64,000 nucleotides of DNA from Octopus sinensis (taxonomy: Eukaryota), in the NCBI RefSeq assembly GCF_006345805.1, contig NC_043024.1:1984001-2048000 (forward strand), given 5' to 3'. The notes under the pieces were generated by a model. That model saw only the letters and a program-made list of their open reading frames with translations. It was not told the origin of the DNA and made no database searches. How positions within the stretch are numbered: the first letter of the stretch is position 1; each line of letters begins with the position of its first letter. A program made the position numbers and the translations under genes. Below, piece by piece: positions 25,238-38,959 of the stretch.

Positions 25238-25415
25238 AGATCGTTAACCACTACACACATTTTTTTCTCTCCTTGTTTTTTTCTGTGTCCCTTTCTGTCA
25301 AAGAGCGTAGGCTCGAAACGTAAAAGACTTTTTCTATTCCTGAGCGTTATACTAATACATCTGTTTTTTTCTACACCACCTGTCTTCGTCTTTTGTTTTT
25401 TTTGTAAACTCTTAC
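24812..25415 (+). repeat. Three tandem units of about 200 bp, each with a degenerate hammerhead-like motif
   Basis: CTTT-CTG(T)NGA-A-GAGC-GTAG-GCTC-GAAAC-GTA-AAAG pattern at about 24875, 25075 and 25291; same family at 50250-50430 and 60225-60375. Confidence 0.7.
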
Positions 25416-25479
25416 CATATTATAATTGATAATAAAACCAAACTCGCTATCTTTGATACAGTTTGCATACCTGTCCTCA

Positions 25480-25790
25480 CCTTGGGACCAGAATGTTGAG
25501 TAAGGACCAAAAAGAGTACAATCGTGAATATGAGTGGCCAAAATGGGGTTTCTTGAAAGGATCTCTGGAGTAATGTTACTTGAAAGAGTGAATAGCATGG
25601 AGATCAGGGAGTCTTTCCAGATTGAGCCACCACTTCTCCACACTGAGGGGTCACAACCCTGGAACTACAGACATGATTGTAATGTTACAGAGAGGGTTTG
25701 TAAGACTTATTCTTTAAGCCAAGCTGACCGGCAGGAGACCTAGGGTTAAACCAAAAAGAGATAATTAGGATAATATCCGTAGCCTCATGT
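25480..25790 (+). mobile_element. Degenerate RTE-like LINE C-terminal fragment (second family)
   Basis: AKMGFLERISGVMLLERVNSMEIRESFQIEPPLLH. Confidence 0.55.
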
Positions 25791-27448
25791 TTGGGAATCC
25801 TACAAGAAAGTCTTATAATGATAGTATTTCATAGGAAACCGTACCCGAAGACTCTGGCATCGTGACTTTCCCAGAAAGTGGGCAACAAAAATGAATGGAT
25901 AATTATACTAAAAAAAACAAAAAACATTATTAATCTCTTTATATATAAAGCTGAAGTTAAAGAGAATAACAAGCTACATAATGCAAAATTTTTACTTTTC
26001 AAAAATTCCAATTCTAAAGGGTCGAAACAAGCCCGTGCAGCACCGGGCGATACTGCTGGTATATACAATATACTTGTATGAATAATATTATAATGGTATT
26101 AACAAATAATCTCATTTCAGGTATTATGTCTCTCTGACCCCTTCTAACCTTTCATCCTCTGACACAAGTTCCCCTCCTCAAATGCCTCTGCCCCTCTCAT
26201 AATTCCTTGTGATGCAAGTTACTTGGTGACCCTGCCATTGCTAGTGCCATGCTTGGAAGGGTGTCCAGCTGTAAAAATCTTACCAAAATTAACCTCACCT
26301 GTGCTGGTGCCATGTAAAAAGCACTGAGTCCACTCTGCAGAGTGGTTGGTGTTAGGAAGGGCATCCAGCTGTAAAAACCTTGCCAAAACAGGCACAGTAG
26401 CCAAGGATAGTTTTTCTACCTGGCCGGTTCCTGTCAACCGTCCTACCCATGCAGGGAAGACGGACATTAAACAATGATGATGATGATGTCGGGGAAATGA
26501 ACAAGAAAATACTTCACTACTGGAACCAAAATCAAAGTCAATTTGGATGAGATTTGAACTCTGTATGTAAAAGGGGACAAGTAAAATTCTGCATGGCACC
26601 TTGCCTGTCTGTCTACTCAATCTGCCAATCCAATGCTTTAATTATCATTATCGTTTAATGTCTGTTTTCCATGCTGGCATGGGTTGGATGGTTTGACTGA
26701 GGGCTGGCGAACCAGACGGCCGCACCAGGCTCGTCTTGATCTGGCAGAGTTTCTACAGCTGGATGCCTTTCCTAACGCCAACCACTCCGAGAGTGTAGTG
26801 GGTGCTTTTTACGTGCTACCGGCACGGGTGCCAGTCAGGCAGTACTGGCAACAACCTCGCTCAAATCTTTTTACAAATGCCACCGGCACAGGCGCCAGTA
26901 AGGCGACATTGGTAGCGATCACACTTTAATAATAACAATAATAAAAATGATGTTGATGATGATGATGAAAACGGCAGTGGTGGTGGTGATGATGATGATG
27001 GCAGCAACAATGATTATGAGGATGTTGATGATAATGATGATGATGTCATGACCTACATCAGTGGCTCTCAACTGGGTTCCACGTAAGATTTTGTTGTTAA
27101 ATGTCTATGTGCAATAAACTGCTTGGATTTCTGTTGTAGAATATTTTAATTTGTTTTTATACGATTCTTAACAATATTTAATTACAAATATATGATAGGA
27201 CTTTTTTTTTAAAACATCAAAGGGCTCTGGGAGTTCAGTAGAGTAAAATAGGGACCCCCAGTACTACCTCTGCACACACAAAAAAAATAATGCCTGTACT
27301 CTGTGATAGTCAAAAAAATCGAAAGAAAATTTGAAAATCAATTCTTTCTGTGCAGCCCAGTACTAGTCAGTGAGTTGGTGGTTGAGTACCCCTGAGGTAG
27401 ATGATGAGCTTGATGACAACAATGGTGGTGATGACAGTGATGATGGTA

Positions 27449-28011
27449 GGCGGCAAGCTGGCAGAACCATTAGCACACCGGGCAAAATGCCTTGCGGTAT
27501 TTCGTCTGCCGCTACGTTCTGAGTTCAAATTCCGCCGAGGTCGACTTTCGTCCTTTCGGGGTCGATAAATTAAGTACCAGTTACGCACTGGGGTCAATCT
27601 AATCGACTTAATACCTATGTCTGTCCTTGTTTGTCCCCTCTATGTTTAGCCCCTTGTGGGTAGTAAAGAAATAGGTATTTTGTCTGCCGCTATGTTCTGA
27701 GTTCAAATTCCGCCGAGGTCGACTTTGCCTTTCATCCTTTCGGGGTCGATAAATCAAGTACCAGTTACGCACTGGAGTCAATGTAATCGACTTAATCCCT
27801 TTGTCTGTCCTTGTTTGTCCCCTCTATGTTTAGCCCCTTGTATGTAGTAAAGAAATAGGTATTTCATATGCCGCTATGTTATGAGTTCAAATTCCGCCGA
27901 GGTCGACTTTGCCTTTCATCCTTTCGGGGTCGATATAATCGACTTAACCCCTTTGTCTGTCCTTGTTTGTACCCTCTATGTTTAGCCCCCTGTGGGTAGT
28001 AAAGAAATAGG
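27449..28011 (+). mobile_element. SINE family B tandem array
   Basis: Head plus 3 tandem units ending ccccttgtgggtagtaaagaaatagg. Confidence 0.78.
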
Positions 28012-28306
28012 TGGTGGTGATGGAGATGACAATGATGATGATAAGATGAATGGTGGTGATGATGATGATGATGAGGAGGAGGAGGTAGATGATGATGATA
28101 AAAACACTAATGACAACAACATCAATAACAACAATAATGAAAAATGATGATAGAATAAAAACTTTAGATTTGCTTTTTTTCCGGTTTTTTTTTGAGATTT
28201 TCTTTTAAATATTTTTTGTTTTGTCGTTACTTTTCTTGTTATTACATTTTTTTTTTCTCCACTTGTTTTATTTTTTGTGCTTTTTTTTGTCTCCGATTTT
28301 TTTTAT

Positions 28307-30423
28307 TCACAACATTATTTTCTTTATTTGAAACATTTTCAAATGCAGGTCCTTGAAAACGCTCCCCAGGGACCACCCCGTCCACAGGTCCCCGTCGGAT
28401 GACGTCCGACCAAAGAGTCGCAGAGGAGGGTCTTCTAACGACAGGTGCGGTGCAAACCACCTCTCTTCGTTGCATAAATACTGCACGCCGCACTGCTGCG
28501 CGCGTTTGAACGCATCAGCGATCGTTGCCGGAAGGACCACTCGCACAGAACAAGCTCCAGGAACCAAAGGGTTCTCGTTGTCGTTGTTGTTGTTGTCAGA
28601 GAGCAGTTTGTGCAAGAGGTCAGTCAGCAAGGGCATGGCACCGCCCTTCAGGTCATGAGTAACCAGGGTGATGTTATCGTGTCGGTTAAGCAACAAGTGT
28701 TTCGGTACCATGTACGTGTGGTAGAACACGAGGTGGTCCTGTCTACTGCTGCTGCTTCCACAGGGAGCGGAAATGCCAGTGGAATCTAGCGGCGGTGAGA
28801 TCTGGTTGTACTTAGCACTCATCAGGCTCGGAATCACTCCACCTTGATGAAGAAACCCATAAAAGAGGGCCAGGACAAGGTTAGCAACCACCCAGGTACA
28901 AGACAAATGCAAAGCAAACTTCCATTTGCATTGCTCAATCACCTGAGCCCCAATGAGAACCAGCAATGGTAGAAGTGGTACCAAGAAGCGAGGTTCTTGG
29001 TGAGGGAAAATCGAGAGTATGGTAACAGGTACGACGATAAATAAGGACAGGACGCAAGAGGGGATGAGGAGCTTTGCGGTTTGGCTAAAGCATTGGTAAA
29101 TGTTGTAGAAGAAAAGGATGTAGAGAATGTGGTAAAGAAGGGGCATGTTGATGAGGACGTGGAGATAGGATGGGTGTAGCCCATGTTCGGCGAGGTTAGT
29201 GACCTGCGTATTGTAAAGGAGGAAGTTGAACGGAGTTACAGTTACATGAGATGCTAGTACGCGCCACGCGCATAGAGTCGCGCCGGCTGGGCCGCCGACG
29301 TGCATGCAGCTATCGAGCGCATTGAAGAAGTCTGTCGGTGAGATTCGGTAGTAGAACGTGTCGACGCAGACAAAGACGACGCATACGGGCAAGGAGAACA
29401 GCGCGAACAGGGCAATGTTTTTCACTAGGGTCGCAGGCTTGGTGCAGGAGGTGCAATAGAACCATGCAAGGATTGGCGCCACGGCGAACACTGGAAACGT
29501 GGGTCGGTTGAAGGTCCCGGCAACGGTGCAGCAAGCCAGAACAAACAGTTCGGTCTTGACAAAGTCAGTTTCGCTGAATGTTTGGTGAGGTTTTTGCGAG
29601 TTCAAAACTTGTTGTTGTTGCTGGTGGTGGTGTTGTTGTTGTTGGTGTTGTTGTTTTTGTTGCTTCTGCGAATGTTTTTGTTGTTGTTTTTGTTGTTGCT
29701 GTTGCTTTTGTTGTTGCTGTTGTTTTTGGTGTTGCTGTTGTTTTTGTTGTTGTTGTTTTTGCTGTTTTTGTTTTTGTTGTTGTTGCTGTCCGTGTGGTGC
29801 AGTGTTCGAGCCAGGGTTCGTTTTCGTCTTTTTACCTTTCTGTTTGCCCTTTCCCGACTTTCCCGGCGCCGATGCCGCAGAGGAGGAGGCAGCAGCCACG
29901 GCATTGGCAGACTTTGCAGACGTGGCCGCTTTCTTGTTTCCTTTGGCAGAAGCGGAGTTGTCCACCACGGAAGCCGGACTTTGCTGTTCTTCGTTTTTCT
30001 TCTGCCGTTTTCTACTACGACGCGAAGAACTCAAACTGCCGTAGGCGGCGCCAAATTTCGGCAGGACGATGTACAAGATGATAGCAAAGAGCAGACATTC
30101 GATGGTGTTGGACAGGGTACGGGTCAAGTAGGTCAGCGTCACGTAGGAACTGGCGTAAAGGCAGAGAGAAAACCAGGGTTTGATACCCAGGCATTTACTT
30201 GACTTCCACAAGACTGCATCGACGGTGAACATCAAAGCAGTGATTGCCAGTCGAGGAACGATGATGAGCAGATATGGAGAGATTTCGAAAAGACCCAGTT
30301 TCTGCAGGAAGGCCAGTAACCTCACAGGCAATCCGTAAATCAGGTGTAGGAAGAAAATGCTTCGAAGGGGCTGCGTGCTGTTGAACTCCCATGTTCTTTC
30401 CACATCCAAATTGAGTATGTCCC
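28307..30423 (-). CDS. PIGZ: GPI mannosyltransferase 4 (PIG-Z/Smp3), large last coding exon
   Basis: tttag|GG acceptor; (G)DILNLDVERTWEF, TRTLSNTIE, GTFNRPTF, NLAEHGLHP, HQEPRFLVPL, HQGGV motifs characteristic of PIGZ; multiple hydrophobic TM segments. Confidence 0.95.
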
Positions 30424-30525
30424 CTAAAAAAAAAAAAAATTAATAATGATAAATAAATAATAATGATGATGATAATGATAATAATACTAATAATAATAAT
30501 AATGATGATGATGATGATGACGATG

Positions 30526-30560
<35 letters not shown>

Positions 30561-30805
30561 AATAATTATTATTATTTCAAATTTTTCCACAAGGGTAGCT
30601 TGGGGGAAGGTGGGGGATGACTCGATTATATCGACCCCAGTGTTCAACTGGTACTTATTTCATCGACCCCCGAAAGGATGAAAGGCAAAGTCAACCTTGG
30701 CAGAATTTGGAGTCAGAACATAAAGATGGGTGAAATACTGCTAAGCATTTTGGTTGGCATGGTAACAATTCTGCCAGTCCAACACCTTAATAATAATAAT
30801 AATAC

Positions 30806-31362
30806 TGATGCAGTACCAGGCAGTGGCTCTCATGGCTTCTGATCTTAACTGATTGGAAGTGTTATCATGTACATTGTTTTGTCTTGGTATAAAAGATGGG
30901 CTACAGCAAATATTCTGCTCAATACCACAGATTTACTTGTCAGTTGGTTGACCTTAACCAGTTGAGCATGTCCCTTAGTGGCTGACGATATGTGCATCTC
31001 TGATCCCCAGCAGAAGTAGTGGGGGTGCATCATAGCCATGTGTTGAGAGGGATTCTTTGGGGTTTGGATAATTCACCTCTGGAAACATGGATGTTTCATT
31101 CAACATCCTTAAACAACCCTTATTCAGGGACCTTTTGAGCAGGATGGGCTACTCGACCCGAAGGAAATTCTAACTGGGCCCCACCTGCAAGGTCATGTGC
31201 TGTTTATCTTGATATGAGATCACCATGTCGTGCACATATGGTTGTGATGCATGTGCCTAGTGTACCCCTTACCAGACAGGAAGTCATGATGGGTATATTG
31301 GGGTCTGTGTATCTTACCCCAGTGTCACTTTGATGGCATGCACTGCTCTCTCACTCAATAAT
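30806..31362. repeat. Interspersed repeat flanked by (TAA)n; partial copies at 6082-6275 and 36360-36575
   Basis: Near-identical gatgcagtaccaggcagtggctctc... at 6081 and 30808; the other end matches 36478-36570 in reverse. Confidence 0.75.
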
Positions 31363-31443
31363 AATTATTTTTAAATTTTTATTTTTATCTAGTTTCAGCT
31401 CATGAGCTGTGGCCATGCTGGGGCACCACCATTTAATAATAAT

Positions 31444-31620
31444 AACTATGACGATTTAAAGTGGGAAATATGAAGGTTGTGGTCAATGAAGAGAGTAGAC
31501 ATGGTACCAATAGTAATTGGCGCACCTGGAAGTATCAGTACTAAACTACCAACATGGCTAAGAAAGATTGGTGCAAGTGTGAAGGTAGAACACTTACAAA
31601 AATCAACATTGCTGGGAAAT
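31444..31620 (+). mobile_element. R4/Dong-like LINE fragment
   Basis: YDDLKWEI*RLWSMKRVDMVPIVIGAPGSI...HLQKSTLLG following a (TAA)n tract. Confidence 0.6.
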
Positions 31621-31849
31621 TTACCCCTTCCCCAGGACAATTACCCCTGATTTAAAACTTAATATATTGGAGAGGCAGTAATTGTCCTAAGGGGTAGTTG
31701 TTGTTGGGGGGAATTGTCCTCTGTAAACTTCTCCACCACGCAGCCATGCGTGCACCAATAAGGCCCCATCTGTGTCTGCACATAGAAACAGGGGCAGAAA
31801 TCCCTTAGAAACTTAGAAATACAAAGGATGTTTCTTTTATTATACTAAC

Positions 31850-31973
31850 CAACAACGATTTCAGTCGACTGGAAAAACTCATCAGGGTGGATGTACCCCT
31901 GTTGTGGCCAGAGGGTCCAAATTATTCGGCAGGCAACAAGCACAGCCCATAGGTTGGTCAGAGAGTGGTTCAT
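31850..31973 (-). CDS. PIGZ: PIGZ first coding exon (exon starts at 32002 with 5'UTR)
   Basis: MNHSLTNLWAVLVACRIIWTLWPQQGYIHPDEFFQSTEIVV-G|gttagt; GYxHPDEFFQS is the PIGZ N-terminal signature; phase 1 joins the exon at 30423. Confidence 0.92.
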
Positions 31974-33189
31974 TGAGGGATGGTCAGAGAATATACAGCA
32001 CCCTGTAGGAAGAGGGAGAGAAAAAAAATGTTTATTAGTTGACGATATCGTTAATATCAAAACAATTATTCACAGGCAATTATATCAATATTATCAAAGC
32101 TTTACCCAATATCATGTGATTATGTGGTCGAACCAGACTATTCCTCCTCCTCCTCATCATCATCATTGTTGTTTAATGTCCACTTTCCATGCTGGCAGGG
32201 GTTGAACAAGCGAGGAGGCTGCACCAGACTCCAATCTGAATCTGGCAGAGTTTCTACAGCTGGATGCCCTTCCTAACACCAACCATTCCGAGCATGTAGA
32301 GTGTGCACCCATTACATTCTCGGAGTGGTTGGCGTTAGGAAGGGCATCCAGCTGTAGAAACTCTGCCAGATCAGATTGGAGCCTGGTGCAGCCATCTGGT
32401 TCGCCAGCCCTCAGTCAAATCATCCAAACCATGCCAGTATGGAAAGCAGACGTTAAACGATGATGATGAAACACATTTAATTGGAATGATGATGCACCCA
32501 TGAGTGATCGATCCATCGCTGGGATTTAAGCAAAAAATTCAAATGTCTGTAATTTAAATTCTGATTTAGAAGAAAGAATTCGAAAACAAGTGGAACTTTT
32601 AGGATTTATGGAGTGAAGGGTTTAAAAAATAGAAGAAAAAATTTTTTTTTCCAAATCGTATGAATTCCCATGTGTAGAACACACATTTGTAAAAAATTTC
32701 TGAAAATCCCCCTAAATAAAAAAAAAAATTATGAGGTGTTAAATAGGATGTTTAAACCAGAATTCTACCTTTGTGAACAAAATAACGTAATTGTTACCTT
32801 ATCGACACCTGAGTATAGGTAATAAGGTTCAGTCTAATCTAATCAACAGAGGACTGTCTGTTACCATTCCCAGTGTAAAGGTGACTTGTGGTCAAAGAAA
32901 GCCATTAACCCCAAGGTGGGAGCAACAAATTTTCACCTTACACAGCATTCTCGCTCTCATTAGCAATAAACCGTTCTAGCCTTCACTTAAAAGTATTGAT
33001 GTTTTGTGTGGTTTTGATGTTATTAGGAGAAGGGGGTCCTTTCATTATTTATTCCAAGTTTCGCGTAGTTTGGTCCGTATTATGATTTTACAAGTAATCT
33101 ACGCAAAACTTGCAGTAAAAGACCAAAGGAACCTCAGATTTAAAAAGGATTCTAAGAATATTTATATTGATATATATTAAATACCACTC

Positions 33190-33571
33190 TTTTACTCTTT
33201 TACTTGTTTCAGTCATTTGACTGCGGCCATGCTGGAGCACCGCCTTTAGTCGAGCAACTCAACCCCGGGACTTATTCTTTGTAAGCCCAGTACTTATTCT
33301 ATCAGTCTCTTTTGCTGAACTGCTAAGTGACGGGGGCATAAACACACCAGCATCAGTTGTCAAGCAATGTTGGAGGGACAAACACAGACACACATACACA
33401 TATATATACGACAGGCTTCTTTCAGTTTCTGTCTAACAAATCCACTCACAAGGCATTGGTCGGCCCGAGGCTATAGCAGAAGACACTTGCCCAAGGTGTC
33501 ACGCAGTGGGACTGAACCCGGAACCATATGGTTGGTTAGCAAGCTACTTAGCACACAGCCACTCCTACACC
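33190..33571 (-). mobile_element. SINE family A
   Basis: Reverse copy of the family A consensus. Confidence 0.85.
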
Positions 33572-33813
33572 TATATACTGATATATATTAAATATCACTA
33601 ATTATTATAAAATTATAAAAACAATGAATGGATATATATACCAAATAATATATATTTATTGTAAATTTAAAATACTGTAACGTAAAAACCCCTGGCAGCA
33701 TGCCAAATCGAAGAATTAATTTTACCCCAGAATAGATCGAAATGAACCAAATTGGAACAACGAAAGGATTTGAGGAATGCGTTTGGAACTTGTCTGCAAA
33801 CAGACACGATATA

Positions 33814-33844
<31 letters not shown>

Positions 33845-34074
33845 GTCTAATACACTAGCGGTATTTCGTTTGCCGTAACGTTCTGAGTTCAAATTCCACC
33901 GAGGTCGACTTTGCCTTTCATCCTTTCGGGGGCGATTAAATAAGTACCAGTTACATACTGAGGTCGATGTAACCAACTTGATCCCTTTGTCTGTCCTTGT
34001 TTGTCCCTTCTATGTTTAGCCCCTTGTGGGTAGTAAAAAAATAAATATATATCTTTTTCTAATTTTTTAAAATT

Positions 34075-34692
34075 TATATACACACACACACACACACACA
34101 CAGAGTGATATATACACATATATACACATAGCTATGTATCGAGATAGGCAGCTAGCTACATACATGCAAATATATACACGCACAAACACCCATACATAGA
34201 TATAGACACACACACACAGATAAGCATACAAACTACATATACACACACACACACACAAATAAACATACAAACTACACATATATATATACATACACACACA
34301 CACATATATATATACATACACACACAAACATACAAACTACACACACATAAACATACAAACTACATATATATACACACACAAATAAACATACAAACTACAT
34401 ATATATACACACACACACAAATAAACATACAAACTACACATATATATACATACACACACATATATATACATACATACACACACAAACATACAAACTACAC
34501 ACACATAAACATACAAACTACATATATATACACACACACAAATAAACATACAAACTACACACTCACACATATATATATATATATATACATACACACACAT
34601 AAACATACAAACTACACACACACATATATATATATACATACACACACAACGTATATATATATATACATACATAAACATACAAACTACATAAA
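34075..34692. repeat. Compound micro/minisatellite (aaacatacaaactac + (CA)/(TA) tracts)
   Basis: More than 10 recurrences of aaacatacaaactac separated by dinucleotide tracts. Confidence 0.85.
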
Positions 34693-35780
34693 GCGATGTT
34701 CAAATATATTTGTGCAAATATATACATCGATATTCACTTTGGACGAAGAAAATTTACCTTTAAATTTCACATACAATTAATTAAATACATTTTTTATCAG
34801 CAATGAAACTATTCTCTCATTAATAATAATAAATTTTTAAAATGTTTTGAAAATTTTGAAAGTAATTAATTAAAAATTCTATTTAATTTAATCCAGAACA
34901 AAAAAGATTTTGATGGTTCGCAGTGAATATTAACGGTCAAACAATAGAATTTACGAAATTAATTTATAATATATTCTATCTTCTAATTATGACTTTCCAG
35001 ATAATTGTTTCTTGGTTTTGCTGTTGCTGTTTTGAGAATAGTTTTAAATAAAAATATTATTTTTATGGATAATTTTGATATTAAAACATTTAAAAGATAT
35101 ATTTATAAACCGGGTTTTTCGTTTCGTTTTCGTTGCCTATTGTTCTTTTAGCATTTTTAACACAACCTTCAATTCGAATTTTCTCTTGCCGTAATTTTTC
35201 ATTATTTTATATTAAAATAACACATTTCAGAGGAAGATATTCTTGTATTAAATGTCCTTAAAAGTTCTGTTAATATATATACTATAAAAAATATTAGACA
35301 TAAATTTATTTCTTTGTTACCCACAAGGGGTTAAACATAGAGGGGACAAACAAGGACAGACAAAGGGATTAAGTCGGTTACATCGACCTCAGTGCGTAAC
35401 TGGTCCTTATTTAATCGTCCCCGAAAGGATGAAAGGCAAAGTCGACCTCAGCGGAATTTGAATTCAGAAATTAACGGCAAACGAAATATCGCCAGTGTAT
35501 TAGACATATATTAAAAGACACCCGAATTAGATTATTGTCAAAACACAGAATGCAGAACGAATTAAAACGAAACGAAGACCAGCCTATACCGAAGGCCGGT
35601 AATAAAGTAGTTTGGAACAATGTATATCAGAGTCTATGTAAGGTTAAACAATAATTATAGTCACCAAAAATATACCTTTATTAGGGAGAAAACAGTGAAT
35701 ACTACATCTAGTATCTGAGAGAGTATTCCCAGAAAAATTTGTTCAAATAAAAGATGGTGGGGACGGGATTATTGTTATGA

Positions 35781-36352
35781 GGGCGGCGAGCTGGCAAAAC
35801 CGTTAGCGCGCCGGTCGGAATGCTTAGTGGTATTTCGCCCGTCGCTACGTTCTTAGTTCAAATTCCGCCGAGGTCGACTTTGCCTTTCTTCCTTTCGGGG
35901 TCGATAAATTAAGTACCAGTTACGCACTGGAGTCGATGTAATCGACTTAATCCGTTTGTCTGTCCCCTCTATGTTTAGCCCCTTGTGGGTAGTAAAGAAG
36001 TGGGTATTTCGTCTGCCGTTACGTTCTGAGTTCAAATTCCGTTGAGGTCGACTTGGCCTTTCATCCTTTCGGGGTCGATAAATTATGTACCAGTTACGCA
36101 CTGGGGTCGATATAATCGACTTAATACCTATGTCTGTCCTTGTTTGTCCCCTCTGTGTTTAGCCCCTTGTGGGTAGTAAAGAAATAGGTATTTCGCCTGT
36201 CGCTACGTTTTGAGTTCAAATTCCACCAGGCTCAATTTGCCTTTCATCCTTTCGGGGTCAATAAAATAAGTACCAGTTGAATACTGGGGTAGATGTAATC
36301 GACTCATCCCGTCTCTCAAAACTGCTGCCCTTGTGGCAAAATTCGAAACCAT
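35781..36352 (+). mobile_element. SINE family B tandem array
   Basis: Head GGCGGCGAGCTGGCAAAA plus 3 units. Confidence 0.78.
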
Positions 36353-37404
36353 TATTATTATTATTGAGTGCAAGAGCAGTGACACTGGGGTAAAATATAC
36401 GAAGCCCAGTATGCCCATCATGACTACCCGTCTGATAAGGGTACACCAGGCACAGGTTATTATTATTATTATTATTATTGAGTGAGAGAGCAGTGCATGC
36501 CATCAAAGTGACACTGGGGTACAAATATACGAAGCCCATGACTACCCGTCTGATAAGGGTACACCAGGCACATATTATTATGGCCTGGTTCCAACCTGGG
36601 CCGCAGCTACAAAATCCACCCAACAGACTTCTCATACCATCATCAATGCCTCAAAGTCCTGGATACATTCTGGGTCAGGGTCTGCAATCAAGTTGTGTCA
36701 CTAAGTCTAATGTTTTCTTCTTACAACACCAGGAAACCTCAGTAATGAACCCAACTCGGCGGAATTTGAACTCAGAACCTAACAACAGACGAAATACCTA
36801 TTTCTTTACTACCCACAAGGGGTTAAACATAGAGGGGACAAACAAGGACAGACAAACGGATTAAGTCGATTAGATCGACCCCAGTGTGTAACTGGTACTT
36901 AATTTATCGACCCCGAAAGGATGAAAGGCAAAGTCGACCTCGGCGGAATTTGAACTTAGAACGTAGCAGCAGATGAAATACCTATTTCTTTACTACCCAC
37001 AAGGGGCTACACATTCAATTTAGATAGAGAATATGGAAAGATAGAATCTCTCACAGCCATTTCTAGAATAGCCAAGCATGTGGATCAGGATATTGAGTGA
37101 GGAAGGGCATCCAGCTGTAAAAATCCTGCCAAAACAGTCACAGAAGTGTGGTGCAGGCTTTGGCCTGGCCGGATCTTGTGGTACCATCCCACCCATGCTA
37201 GCATGAAAGGCAGATGTTAAACGATGATGATGAGCTAGGTACTCAATCATCAGAATGGGAGAAGTCAGAAAATATAGAAATGAAGAAATATCCCCAATTG
37301 AGGATATTAGTACTTTCCAGTTCCTCGAAAACTGAAGGAAGGACCTGAGTGAAAAGTATATGTGTTAGGTAGTATCGTGATCAAATAAATAATGAAGTTA
37401 TAGG

Positions 37405-38570
37405 TAAGAATCTTTCAAGCTATGGGTCTCACAGAGGCAATGTGGCTGATGCCAGAGTCGTGTAGCTAGCACCCATGCTGGTGGCACGTAAAAAGGGCCT
37501 TTCAAGTGTTGTGCCCCACGGAGGCAATGTAGCCAATGCTGGTGTTGCATAAACTAGAACCTGTGCCAGTGACATGTAAAAGCACCTTTTGAGCACTGGG
37601 CCTCACAGGGGCAATATGGCTGATGCGTGTCGTGTAACTAGAATCAATAGTGGCGGCACATAAAAAGCACCTCTTAAGTGCTGGGCCTCACAGTGTCATG
37701 TAACTAGCATCTGTACCAGTGGCACATAAAAAGCATCTTTTGAGTGCTGGGACTCGTTCAGGCAATGGCAAATGACTAAGACCTTTGGCAATATGTAATG
37801 CTTGAAAAGAAGACCCATCAAGCCAAGTGAAATTGTGGTTGCGTTAGATATTGGTGTCACGTAACTGGCACCTGTGCTGGTGGCACATAAAAGCAACCAT
37901 TACACTTTCAGAGTGGTTGGAGTTAAGATGAGCATCCAGCCATAGAAACCAGGCCAAATCAGACTGGAGCCTTCAGCTTACCAGCCCTGATCAAACCATC
38001 CAACCCATACCAGCATGGACAACAGATGCTAAATGATGATGATGATATAAAATGCTTCAGCAGTTCCAGTGATAATCCACGGAATGGTTATGAGGGCCAC
38101 CCCAGTAAAATAAGAATGAAAGGGGTCTATAGGCAAAAAATGATTGGGGACCACAGCATCATCATCATCATCATCGTTTAATGTCCATTTTCCATGCTGG
38201 CATGGGTTGGATGGTTTGACTGAAGTCTGGAGAGCCAGTGGCTGCACCCGGCTCCAATCTAATCAGGCAATGTTTCTACAACTGGATGCCCTTCCTAATG
38301 CCAACCACTCCAAGAATGTAGTTGGTGCTTTTTACATGCCACCGGCACAAGAGCCAGTCAGGCGGGCCAAGCGTCGATCATGTTCAGATAATGCCCTTTA
38401 CGTGCCATCGGCACTGTGGCCAGTCAGGGGGTCCTGGCATGGATCATGTTTGGTTGATGCATTTCACATGTCACCGGCACAGATGCCAGTCAGGCAACAC
38501 TGGCATCAGTCATGTTCAAATGATGCTTTTTACATGCCACTGGCACAGGTACCAGTCAGGTGGCACTGGT
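37405..38570. mobile_element. Two tail-to-tail RTE 3'UTR fragments
   Basis: Plus copy ending gatgatgat at about 38046; minus copy beginning catcatc at about 38157; both carry several 63-bp units. Confidence 0.7.
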
Positions 38571-38721
38571 TAAACAAATACTATAGTCACTATAGGTCTG
38601 TTTTTAACAGGGAGAAAATAGCTAATACTATTATTAGTACAAGACAATATCTTCTTCCTACATATATTGTCTGAATAAAAGATGAGAGAAAAGGTGACAG
38701 CTTGAATAACATCTTTCATCC

Positions 38722-38959
38722 TGTAGTAAAGATTGTTTGCTAACATAACATGGCAGTTCTGGTTTAGTACGGATGTTGCTGTAATTTAGCCCCAGGAGAC
38801 ATTCGTCTCCAGCTGGCTATACGACACGATCTGTGTCCTTATACGACACAATTTGTGTTGTATAGCCAGCTGGAGACGATGTCTCCTGGGGCTAAATTAC
38901 AGCAACATTAGTCCTAAACCAGGACTGCCATGTTATGTTGGCAAACAATCTTTGCTACA
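38722..38959. repeat. Long inverted repeat (arms of about 105 bp), probable foldback MITE
   Basis: tgtagtaaagattgtttgc...ccagctggctatac versus gtatagccagctgg...gcaaacaatctttgctaca. Confidence 0.85.

Noticed and set aside
29578-30202. Poly-Val and poly-Leu ORFs on the plus strand
   Set aside because: Antisense shadows of the PIGZ polyQ tract.
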